A program made the position numbers and the translations under genes. Below, piece by piece: positions 36,195 through 44,798 of a stretch of DNA of 62,482 bases. The stretch lies in contig CAYWAU010000001.1 in NCBI GenBank assembly GCA_964456395.1, positions 1 to 62,482 on the forward strand. The letters are read 5' to 3'. The DNA comes from an uncultured Dehalococcoidaceae bacterium (GTDB taxonomy: Bacteria > Chloroflexota > Dehalococcoidia > Dehalococcoidales > RBG-16-60-22). How positions within the stretch are numbered: the first letter of the stretch is position 1; each line of letters opens with the position of its first letter. Under the pieces are notes generated by a model. It did no database searches. It saw only the letters and a list, made by a program, of their open reading frames with translations, and was not told the DNA's origin.

Positions 36195-37343
36195 ATGCTG
36201 GATTTTTCTTTTACCGAAGAACAAAACATGATTCGGAGCATGGTGCGGGATTTTGCCCAGAAAGAGCTTGCTCCCGGCTACAAGGACCGGGTCAGAGCAA
36301 AGTCAGTTCCTCGTGAACTGATTAAGAAAACAGCTGATATCGGGCTTATGGGACTGAACATACCGGAGGAATATGGAGGTCAGCCCAGAGATGCCGTTAC
36401 CGTGGGCATCATCCTGGGGGAATTAGCCAGACATGCGGACGATGTGACCTTTTTGGTATTTAACAATTACAGTCAAGCCAACTTCATTATGCTTGGTCAG
36501 GATGAAATCAAAGAAGAGTGGCTGCCCGCCATGGCACGGGGTGAGAAGATTATACTGATGTCAGCCACCGAGGCCGAAGCTGGTTCCGACCTTGGCAACT
36601 TGAAAACTACCGCCAGAAAGGACGGAGACGGCTATATACTGAACGGTGAGAAAAATCGGACAACCTTTGCCCAGCACGGAGATGCCGCCATGGTATTAGC
36701 CAAGACCGACCCCGCTTCCCGACGAATAACCCCTTTCCTGGTACCTCTGGACCTCCCCGGCGTAACCATATCCGGCATTGATGATATGGGCGCCGAGGCC
36801 ACGTCAGGTGGTATCGTATCACTGGAGAATGTGCGGATTCCAAAGAAATATCTCCTGGGTGACGAGGAAGGCAGAGGTTTTATTGAAACGATGCGCACAT
36901 TTGATTGTCTTCGTGCCTTCGGCGCAATTATGGCCATGGCTAAGGCTGAAGTCTCACTGGAGGAGACCTGCGAGTACGCCAAGCAGCGGGTTCAATTTGG
37001 TAAACCCCTGGCCAAGTTCGAAGGTATCTCCTTTAAGCTCGCTGAAGCCGCTACTTACATCGAACTGGGCAGGTGGCTGTGCTATCGGACTCTGTGGATG
37101 AAAGATAACGGCATAAGGCACAGCAAGGAATCAGCCATGGTCAAATGGTGGTGCTCAAAAATGGCTTTCAACATTATTCACCAGTGTTTGCTCACCCACG
37201 GGCACTATGGCTTTAGCAAAGACCTGCCCTTTGAGCAGCGACTGAGAGATGTTGTCGTCGTGCAGATAGGCGACGGCACCTGGGAGGTCATGAAGCTAAT
37301 CATCGCTCGCGAGATGCTCGGTAGGGAATTCCTGCCCTACTGA
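36195..37343 (+). CDS. acyl-CoA dehydrogenase (paralog 1)
   Basis: 382 aa from ATG 36195 (MLDFSFTEEQ). TEAEAGSD, and C-terminal QIGDGTWEVMKLIIAREML. Confidence 0.9.
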   Translation: MLDFSFTEEQNMIRSMVRDFAQKELAPGYKDRVRAKSVPRELIKKTADIGLMGLNIPEEYGGQPRDAVTVGIILGELARHADDVTFLVFNNYSQANFIMLGQDEIKEEWLPAMARGEKIILMSATEAEAGSDLGNLKTTARKDGDGYILNGEKNRTTFAQHGDAAMVLAKTDPASRRITPFLVPLDLPGVTISGIDDMGAEATSGGIVSLENVRIPKKYLLGDEEGRGFIETMRTFDCLRAFGAIMAMAKAEVSLEETCEYAKQRVQFGKPLAKFEGISFKLAEAATYIELGRWLCYRTLWMKDNGIRHSKESAMVKWWCSKMAFNIIHQCLLTHGHYGFSKDLPFEQRLRDVVVVQIGDGTWEVMKLIIAREMLGREFLPY

Positions 37344-37367
37344 TTACTACTTCAGGAGAATATTACT

Positions 37368-38516
37368 ATGCTGGACTTCACTTTTACCGAAGAACAAAAC
37401 ATGATTCGGAGCATGGTGCGGGATTTTGCCCAGAAAGAGATTGGCCCCGGCTACAAAGACCGCATCAAGGCACAGACAATTCCGCTTGAATTAAGAAAGA
37501 AAATGGCGGACATTGGACTTCTGGGACTGAACATACCGGAGGAATACGGGGGACAGCCCAGAGATGCCATCAGCACCGGTATCATCATGGAGGAGCTAGC
37601 CAGACAGGCGGAGGATGCCGCCCTTTTAGTATTTTACTACTGTGGTCAACCCGACTTTATTAAGCTGGCCCCTGATGAAGTCAAAGAAGAGTGGCTGACC
37701 GCCATGGCACGGGGTGAGAAAATGGTGGTCATGTCCTTCACTGAGGCTGAAGCTGGCTCCGACCTTGGCAACCTGAAAACCACGGTCAGAAAGGACGGAG
37801 ACGGCTATATACTGAACGGTGAGAAGAACCGAACGTCCTTCCTCTTTCAGGGAGATGCCGCCATCGTACCGGCCAAGACCGACCGCACGTCCCGGCGAAT
37901 AACCCCTTTCCTGGTACCTCTGGACCTCCCCGGCATAACTACCGCCAGCATTGAAGATATGGGTGTTGAGTCCACCAAAGGCGGGATTTTATCACTGGAG
38001 GACGTGCGGATTCCAAAGAAATATCTCCTGGGTGATGAGGAAGGCAGAGGCTTTGTGGAAATTATGCGCGCCTTTGACATCAATCGCGTCTACCTGGCTA
38101 TGATGGCAATTGCCAAGGCCGAAGTCTCACTGGAGGAAACCTGCGACTATGCCAAGCAGCGGGTTCAATTCGGCAAACCCTTAGCCAAGTTTGAAGGTAT
38201 CTCCTTCAAGCTCGCTGAGGCCGCTACTTACATCGAACTGGGCAGGTGGCTGTGCTATCGGACTCTATGGATGAAAGACAACGGCATAAGGCACAGCAAA
38301 GAATCAGCCATGGTCAAATGGTGGTGTTACCAGACGGCTTTTGATATTATTCATGAGTGTTTGCTCACCCACGGACACTATGGCTTCAGCAAAGACCTGC
38401 CCTTTGAACAGCGACTGAAAGATGTTGTCGGCGGGCAGATAGGCGACGGCACAGCGGAGGTCATGAAGTTAATCATCGCCCGCGAGATGCTCGGTAGAGA
38501 ATTCCTCCCCTATTGA
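37368..38516 (+). CDS. acyl-CoA dehydrogenase (paralog 2)
   Basis: 382 aa, MLDFTFTEEQ. Same length as paralog 1, with near-identical terminal blocks. Confidence 0.9.
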   Translation: MLDFTFTEEQNMIRSMVRDFAQKEIGPGYKDRIKAQTIPLELRKKMADIGLLGLNIPEEYGGQPRDAISTGIIMEELARQAEDAALLVFYYCGQPDFIKLAPDEVKEEWLTAMARGEKMVVMSFTEAEAGSDLGNLKTTVRKDGDGYILNGEKNRTSFLFQGDAAIVPAKTDRTSRRITPFLVPLDLPGITTASIEDMGVESTKGGILSLEDVRIPKKYLLGDEEGRGFVEIMRAFDINRVYLAMMAIAKAEVSLEETCDYAKQRVQFGKPLAKFEGISFKLAEAATYIELGRWLCYRTLWMKDNGIRHSKESAMVKWWCYQTAFDIIHECLLTHGHYGFSKDLPFEQRLKDVVGGQIGDGTAEVMKLIIAREMLGREFLPY

Positions 38517-38556
38517 GTACTGCGAGAGATGTGGAAGCTGTAAATAACCAGCGCTG

Positions 38557-38970
38557 TCAGGCTGCCGCCACTGGCTTGAATTTGGGCAGGGTAACCTCCT
38601 CATTCACATCGTCAAACACCACTTCCACCGGCATTTCTACATATATATCCTCATTCCGGCAGCCCACGATATTGCTCATCAGAAGCGGCCCCTCGTCCAG
38701 CTCAATCCAGGCCACATTGTAGGGAATATGCTCTTCCCATGACGGGTGATAAGCCATATGGTACACGATGAAGGTATATACCCTACCCCTGCCACTGACC
38801 TTGACCCAGTCCATCTTCGGGTTATTGCAGGAAATACAATGAGTGGGAGGATTATAGTAAGCCCCGCAGTTCAAGCACCTATATAGCATCAACTCATGCC
38901 GCCTGGCTGCCTCCCAGAAAGGCTTTTCAGTTGCCGTGATGATGGGTAACGGCCTTTCATATTCAGTCAT
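38557..38970 (-). CDS. DUF35 OB-fold / rubredoxin-like zinc-ribbon protein (thiolase partner, BbsA-like)
   Basis: 137 aa. CLNCGAYYNPPTHCISC zinc ribbon followed by an OB-fold segment. Starts 1 nt after the thiolase stop. Confidence 0.8.
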   Translation of the reverse strand: MTEYERPLPIITATEKPFWEAARRHELMLYRCLNCGAYYNPPTHCISCNNPKMDWVKVSGRGRVYTFIVYHMAYHPSWEEHIPYNVAWIELDEGPLLMSNIVGCRNEDIYVEMPVEVVFDDVNEEVTLPKFKPVAAA

Positions 38971-38971
38971 C

Positions 38972-40132
38972 TCACCTCCTCAAAAGGCAGCAGACAGCGG
39001 CACTGCCAACTGCTGGCTCAGTAGTGCCACCCAGTCCGGTAACCATGCAAATCTCGGCGCCCTTCACCTGGCACTCCCCGGCTTCGCCCCTTATCTGCCT
39101 TATCCCCTCAGTCAGATGGGTGAATCCCTGCAAATAGCTCCATGAGAGCCCGGTACCTGAGGTATTGCTGGGCCAGGCTCCATCGAGCCTCAGATTCCCT
39201 TCTTCAACAAAAGCACCAGCCTCCCCCCTCCCGCATATTCCGTAGGATTCCAGCCCGGAGAGCACGAAAAAGGTGAAGGCGTCGTACATCATAGCCACAT
39301 CTACGTCCTTGAGGGTAAGACCAGCCGTTTCAAAGGCAATCTCCCCGGCTTTCTGGACGATAAAGCCATCCCAGTGCCAGAAGGCGCGGGGCGACTTCCA
39401 GACCTCACCCACCGAGTGGTCCGCTCCATACCCCATAACATATACCGGGCGCTTCTTAGAGTTTCTGGCCCTCTCCGCCGAGGTTATTATCAGGGCGACA
39501 GCACCATCATTAACCAGACAGCAATCACGGGCACGCATCGGCTCGACAATAAACCTGGAATTCAGATAATCCTCCATGGTCAGTTTCCGGTCATGCATCA
39601 CGGCCTCCGGGCGCTTGTTGGCATAATCACGAAAAGTGACGGCTACCGCCCCCAGTTGCTCGTCAGTAAGTCCATACAGGTACTTGTACCTCCTGGTCAT
39701 AGCGGCAGCCACTGATACCGGCGCATATAACCCATAGGCACCCCAGGTACTCCTGGAATCAGGGGCTCCTCCGACCAGAACGCCTGCGCTTGAGGCACTG
39801 GTAGCATAAACCAGAACGCAGGCCTGGCATAATCCGGCCTCTAGGGCGCCGATGGCAACAGCCACCGAGGAGATACCGGTGGCGCTGCCGGTCTGCAATT
39901 CCCAGCTGAATTTAGCCGGAATGCCGGCAGCTATAAGAGGCGCGGTACTAACCGGTCCGCCGCCAAAGCCCGGCTGGTAGATATACCCGTCTAACTCGTC
40001 TTTCCCCATCCCGGCGTCTTCAAGCGCCAGCAGAATTGCCTGAGCGGCAAGCTCGTTAACGCCAAGCTCGGGCACTCTGCCCTGCCTGGTCAACCCGACA
40101 CCTACAAACGCATACTTATCTTTGATACTCAC
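38972..40132 (-). CDS. thiolase-like protein (SCP-x / BbsB-type)
   Basis: 386 aa with thiolase fold features: N-terminal FVGVG, an active-site-like Cys region, and a C-terminal GLGG segment. Paired with DUF35. Confidence 0.8.
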   Translation of the reverse strand: MSIKDKYAFVGVGLTRQGRVPELGVNELAAQAILLALEDAGMGKDELDGYIYQPGFGGGPVSTAPLIAAGIPAKFSWELQTGSATGISSVAVAIGALEAGLCQACVLVYATSASSAGVLVGGAPDSRSTWGAYGLYAPVSVAAAMTRRYKYLYGLTDEQLGAVAVTFRDYANKRPEAVMHDRKLTMEDYLNSRFIVEPMRARDCCLVNDGAVALIITSAERARNSKKRPVYVMGYGADHSVGEVWKSPRAFWHWDGFIVQKAGEIAFETAGLTLKDVDVAMMYDAFTFFVLSGLESYGICGRGEAGAFVEEGNLRLDGAWPSNTSGTGLSWSYLQGFTHLTEGIRQIRGEAGECQVKGAEICMVTGLGGTTEPAVGSAAVCCLLRR

Positions 40133-40155
40133 GATAGTATTGTCATCAACGGATT

Positions 40156-41529
40156 CTAGGTGAGCAGCCTGATTATTTTGGTGATATCGTCAACTTCCTC
40201 CAGTTTCTCAAGCATGCTCAGGGCTTTCTCGCCATTTCCCATTGATACTTTGCCGGAGAAGCCCAGGTTGCCCCGGAACTTCTCCCTCTTCTCTTCTCTG
40301 GTCATCGGGGCATAAATTTCGTTACCCCTGGGCATATCAACATGCGCGGAGAACTCCCTACCGTCCTTCAACCTGACGCTAACCGTGGTAGCGAAAAACG
40401 ACTCATCCGGGAAATCCTGAGTGGCTGTTTTTATTCTCTTGACCATTTCAGTAATCCGGGGTTCTCTGATAGCCTCTTCAGTGAAATGCTCCAGACTTAT
40501 CCCCTTCCTCAACAGGATACTGGCCACAATGTACTGAAGGCTGAAGATGGCGCTGACATGGGGGACAACGCCAAACGTAAAAGGCTCGCGAAGAACAGGC
40601 GGAAACGAGCGTGTAGAAACGGTAACCGCCGCCTCATCAATATCGCCGGCTTCTACTTCATACTTGCCAACGATTTCCAGGGCACATTCAACAGCGGCAT
40701 GGGTGCCGCGGCAACAGGGATACGGCTTAAACGTTACCTCGGTATAATATTTCTCACCCAGATACCCGGTGAGAACCTCGGGGTGAGAGCCCTGACAGTA
40801 GAGAGCAAAATATCCCCCCTCCCCCATCAGGAAGTCATCAACCGAGGTAAAGCCCTTACTGGCTAATCTCACACTGAAAATGCCGCGTTGCGCGGCTAAC
40901 CCCTGACCCAGCTTGAAACAGTGGTTCCTTTCAACCAGGCCCCGGTCGGTGCCCGCCATTTGATTCAGGGCAATCCCGAAAGCATTAAACCACTGACGGT
41001 TGTCCAGTCCCCACAGCCTCCCGGCGACGGCGGTTGCGCCCAGCGCGTTTAAGGTGCCGATGCTATCCCAGCCAGGACTCATATCCGAGGCAAACAATAT
41101 TCGCGAGACAAGGTCCTCACCCAGTATCAGGGCAGTCAGCAGCTCCCTGCCGCCCAGTCCCTTCTGCTCGGCTACGGCGAGAGCCGTCGGCACCAGCGTT
41201 TCTCCGATATGGGCGGGTCTTACTTCCCCTTCGACAAACGCATCAACTATGCCGTAGTCAAAGGACCTGGCCATCACCGCATTGGCTAACGCCGCGTTAT
41301 GTGATGGCGCCCTGATTCCATAAGCCAGGACAGTGCTCTCCTCACTCCCCGACCACTCTCTAATCAAATCTATTATCTCAGGGCAACCGGTGTCATTTGC
41401 CCCGCCAACGGCGCAACCGATGACATCAATAACCTCGTCCCTGGCTCGCTCCACAATATCTCCGGTAAAGTCCTGGAAGCGAGTCTCCAACAGGTTCTTA
41501 ACCAGTTCTTCGGTGACACTCACGTTCAT
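40156..41529 (-). CDS. MmgE/PrpD-family protein (2-methylcitrate dehydratase superfamily)
   Basis: About 457 aa with the PrpD N- and C-terminal domain pattern (DVIGCAVGG...; PYPCCRGTH). Start is ambiguous: 41529, 41538 or 41568. Confidence 0.8.
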   Translation of the reverse strand: MNVSVTEELVKNLLETRFQDFTGDIVERARDEVIDVIGCAVGGANDTGCPEIIDLIREWSGSEESTVLAYGIRAPSHNAALANAVMARSFDYGIVDAFVEGEVRPAHIGETLVPTALAVAEQKGLGGRELLTALILGEDLVSRILFASDMSPGWDSIGTLNALGATAVAGRLWGLDNRQWFNAFGIALNQMAGTDRGLVERNHCFKLGQGLAAQRGIFSVRLASKGFTSVDDFLMGEGGYFALYCQGSHPEVLTGYLGEKYYTEVTFKPYPCCRGTHAAVECALEIVGKYEVEAGDIDEAAVTVSTRSFPPVLREPFTFGVVPHVSAIFSLQYIVASILLRKGISLEHFTEEAIREPRITEMVKRIKTATQDFPDESFFATTVSVRLKDGREFSAHVDMPRGNEIYAPMTREEKREKFRGNLGFSGKVSMGNGEKALSMLEKLEEVDDITKIIRLLT

Positions 41530-41723
41530 AACCACCATATTCAGGCTGGAGGTGCAGTACTCAGACAATCTGCGCTGATAACGGGGCTGGTTCGCCTTTA
41601 ATAATTTAATGTTTTAGAATACAGTTTGTCAACAGACTCTACTCATTTCGTAACTTAGCGACAAAGGTGGTAGAATGACTGGGGGCAGGCATAGCCCGCC
41701 ACCACTGAAGGAGGCAAGTTATC

Positions 41724-43187
41724 GTGCATTCCGGCCAGATTTCTAAAGCCGAAAATCTTGTGGCGGATGTTGTCGTCGTTGGAGGGGGCGGGTGTGGCCT
41801 GGCCGCCGCCACGGCGGCAGCCGAAAAGGGGGCGAAGGTAATACTACTGGAAAAGCAAGGCGCCCCCGCTGGGAACTCAATTTTTGCGGTGGGTATTTTT
41901 GCCGCCGAAAGTCCGACTCAAAGGCGGTTGAGCATCAATACCCCAAAGGATGAGTTGTTTAAGATAGCTATGAACTATGCCCACTGGGACGTTAACCCCC
42001 GTATCTTTCGCGCCTTTTTAGATAAATCGGCAGATACCGTTCAATGGCTGGAAGAAAAGGGTATCGTATTCAATAATATTCCCCCTTTATTTCCCAGTCA
42101 CAATATCCGAACCTGGCACTGTTTACTGGACAGGAACGTCGGCCCTGTCCTTCTCAAAGTACTGCGTAAAGAATGCGAAGACATGGGTGTACAACTGCTC
42201 TTTCACTGTACGGCGAAAAAAATATTTACCGGCGAGCAGGGTGAGGTCACCGGGGTCCTGGCAACCATGAAAGGTAAGGAACTGAAAATCAACGCCAGGA
42301 CCGTCATCATTGCCACCGGCGGGTATGGAGGCAACCAGGAATTACTGAAGAAATATAGCCCCTCCTATAGTGAAAACATTCGCTATATTGGTTTCCCGCA
42401 CGTTACGGGAGACGGTTTGCTCATGGCTACCGAGATAGGGGCCGCTACCGAAGGCCTGGGAACACTTATATTACACACTCATTTCTTTGAGGGCTCCAAG
42501 CATATTAATGGCTTTGCTCAGGAACCTTCATCGCTCTGGGTAAACAAAAATGGTGAACGATTCGTCGACGAAGCCCTTACCTTTCACCCCACTGAGTGCG
42601 GTAACATTATATACAGGCAACCGGACAAGTGTGTCTACGCCCTCTTTGATGACAAGCTCAAAAACAAGATTGTGGAAGAGGGTCTCCACAAAGGCGACCG
42701 GAGGGAAAAACCGGGGTTGGCGGGGGTCAAGCCGACCAACCTGGATGAGGAGCTCCGTTTACAAGCTGACAAGGGAAAAGTCAGGATAGCCGATTCCTGG
42801 GACGATATTGCCGGGTGGATGGGAGTGCCCCCCGAAGTCCTGCAAGCCACCATAGATGAATACAACTCCTTCTGTGACCGGGGACATGACGAGATTTTTG
42901 CCAAGGACCGAAGATACCTCCAGGCCCTGCGTACTCCCCCTTACTACGCCGTCAGGTGTTACCTGTGCTTCCTGACCACAGTAGGCGGCATCAAGATTAA
43001 CCACCATATGGAGGTTCTTGATGAACAGGATAAACCCATTCCCGGGCTTTATGCCGGCGGTGATACCACCGGGGGCTGGGAATCGGATACCTATTGTATT
43101 CATCTTTCCGGGAGTGCCTTCGGCTTCGCGGTTAACTCCGGGCGTATTTCCGGAGAAAATGCGACAAAATATGTACTGGGAAAATGA
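41724..43187 (+). CDS. FAD-binding flavoprotein dehydrogenase/reductase (fumarate reductase / TcuA / KstD-like)
   Basis: 487 aa with GTG start. DVVVVGGGGCGLAAATAAAEKGAKVILLEK, ATGGYGGN, and GLYAGGDTTGG. Confidence 0.8.
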   Translation: MHSGQISKAENLVADVVVVGGGGCGLAAATAAAEKGAKVILLEKQGAPAGNSIFAVGIFAAESPTQRRLSINTPKDELFKIAMNYAHWDVNPRIFRAFLDKSADTVQWLEEKGIVFNNIPPLFPSHNIRTWHCLLDRNVGPVLLKVLRKECEDMGVQLLFHCTAKKIFTGEQGEVTGVLATMKGKELKINARTVIIATGGYGGNQELLKKYSPSYSENIRYIGFPHVTGDGLLMATEIGAATEGLGTLILHTHFFEGSKHINGFAQEPSSLWVNKNGERFVDEALTFHPTECGNIIYRQPDKCVYALFDDKLKNKIVEEGLHKGDRREKPGLAGVKPTNLDEELRLQADKGKVRIADSWDDIAGWMGVPPEVLQATIDEYNSFCDRGHDEIFAKDRRYLQALRTPPYYAVRCYLCFLTTVGGIKINHHMEVLDEQDKPIPGLYAGGDTTGGWESDTYCIHLSGSAFGFAVNSGRISGENATKYVLGK

Positions 43188-43311
43188 CTGTGCCGTTCTG
43201 GCAACAAACTCTGTCCTGACCAGCAAGACGGCAACCCTCCGTTTCCCATCATCCGTAATGCCTTAAGGTGTCATCCTTTCATGACTGGAGGGGTGCGATG
43301 AAATGATGCCC

Positions 43312-43326
43312 AACAGGATTGACAAC
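43312..43326 (+). promoter_or_regulatory. conserved AACAGGATTGACAAC promoter/operator motif, copy 1 (upstream of TRAP SBP 1)
   Basis: An identical 15-mer recurs at 44591-44605. In both copies it is flanked upstream by GTGCGAT. It contains a TTGACA -35-like hexamer. Confidence 0.4.
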
Positions 43327-43440
43327 ACGAGTAATATAATAGTAAGATAGTTCAAATCTAATACAATAATATAGCTCAACCAAGGTTATTAAGGACAGCC
43401 AGCATTTCAGACATATAACTTAGAAAAGGAGGATGGAACA

Positions 43441-44490
43441 ATGAAAAGGTCATCCCTTTTACTCGCTATCTCAGTTATTACCCTCTTACTGGCCAGCCTG
43501 GTCAGTGCCTGCGCCGCTCCGGAACCGGCACCAGCCCCGGCACCAGCTCCAGCCCCGGCACCGGAAAAATCGATTCTAAGGCTGGTTATACCTATGCCCC
43601 CCGGTGACCAGGTTACCGTAGCCCACGAAGCAATGGGCCAGAGAATTTTGGACCGCACTGGCGGTCAATATGAAATTAAAGTTTTCCCCGGCGATCAACT
43701 GGCCAAAATACCGGAGTACCTCGATGCCGTAAGAACGGGAGCAATCGAGATGGCCAGCGTAGGATGGGGAATATTCTCTGGTATGGACCCCAAACTTGCT
43801 GAAATACCCATGATGTACAATAATGCCCGGGCAAATGCGGCTGCCGAAAAGCCGTTAACGGAGCTCTACAACAACGAGGTATTTTTAACAAAACTCAACC
43901 AGTATGGAATCGCCTGTTACACCACCGGAGCACTGGAAGTTCATTCCCAGGTGCCTGTAAAGACCTTGGATGACTGGAAGGGCCTGCTTGTTGGAGCCAT
44001 AAACCCGGAATGCGCCGCCCTGACCCAAAGCCTGGGTGGCTCTCCCGTGGTCGTCATGTGGACCGATACCTACGCGGCACTGGAGAAGGGAACGATAGAT
44101 GCCTGCTTCAACGCAACCCAGTGGATGATAGTAGCGGGACTATCTGATGTTTCCTCCTACGTGACGCGTTTCTACGCTGTACCTACCTTCCTTGGTATCA
44201 ATATCAACCTGGATGTCTGGAATAAAATTCCGAAGGATGCCCAGAATATCATAATTGAGGAAGCGTGGAAGACATGTGAAGATATCAATGAAATCCATTT
44301 CCAGGCGGAAATACAGGACAAGGAGATACTAACCGGTCTGGGGATGGAGGTCACAGACCTGCCCAAGGCAGAACGGGATAAATGGAAAGAGGCGGTGCGC
44401 CCGTATGTTGATAAGAAACTGGCTGACATGGGCGAGGTTGGCAATACGATAAGGCAAATTGCCGATAAGGCAAATAGCGAGAACCCTTAG
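43441..44490 (+). CDS. TRAP transporter substrate-binding lipoprotein (DctP family)
   Basis: 349 aa. Signal peptide with lipobox LVSAC, a (PA)n linker, and DctP-like body. Confidence 0.85.
   Translation: MKRSSLLLAISVITLLLASLVSACAAPEPAPAPAPAPAPAPEKSILRLVIPMPPGDQVTVAHEAMGQRILDRTGGQYEIKVFPGDQLAKIPEYLDAVRTGAIEMASVGWGIFSGMDPKLAEIPMMYNNARANAAAEKPLTELYNNEVFLTKLNQYGIACYTTGALEVHSQVPVKTLDDWKGLLVGAINPECAALTQSLGGSPVVVMWTDTYAALEKGTIDACFNATQWMIVAGLSDVSSYVTRFYAVPTFLGININLDVWNKIPKDAQNIIIEEAWKTCEDINEIHFQAEIQDKEILTGLGMEVTDLPKAERDKWKEAVRPYVDKKLADMGEVGNTIRQIADKANSENP
43519..43566 (+). repeat. in-frame Pro-Ala dipeptide repeat (PEPAPAPAPAPAPAPE) coding tract
   Basis: CCN-GCN repeats read directly, immediately after the lipobox Cys of the SBP. 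Confidence 0.8.
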
Positions 44491-44590
44491 CCTTGTTAAC
44501 CGGTGCGCTTTAATTCAGGGTGGAGTCGCTTCGCTGAAAGGCAGCATAAAGAAGCTGAGAGAGGACCTCAGTGCGATTTGATGTGTCATG

Positions 44591-44605
44591 AACAGGATTG
44601 ACAAC
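44591..44605 (+). promoter_or_regulatory. conserved AACAGGATTGACAAC promoter/operator motif, copy 2 (upstream of TRAP SBP 2)
   Basis: Identical to 43312-43326, and followed by TATATAATAAT. Confidence 0.4.
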
Positions 44606-44798
44606 GTGAGCCCCATTATATAATAATATGGTGCTACAAAAATACAAAGGCTGACCGGCAATCGGTATTACCAGATGAATGGAGGTGAACGGAACAAATG
44701 TAAAAACGGGTGAAGCATCGCGCCTGACAAACAAGGGGAATTTATAAGGCCAGAAGTTAGTATCTCATTCATTGAACTTAATAAAGGAGGTAAGAATA

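Noticed and set aside
40342-40866. 174-aa + strand ORF
   Set aside because: It is antisense to the PrpD-family gene and has no motif support.
43188-43260. Imperfect inverted repeat TGCCGTTCTGG...CCAGCAAGACGGCA after the FAD flavoprotein gene, as a possible terminator
   Set aside because: The stem is interrupted by bulges and is not followed by a T-tract, so it is too weak to call.
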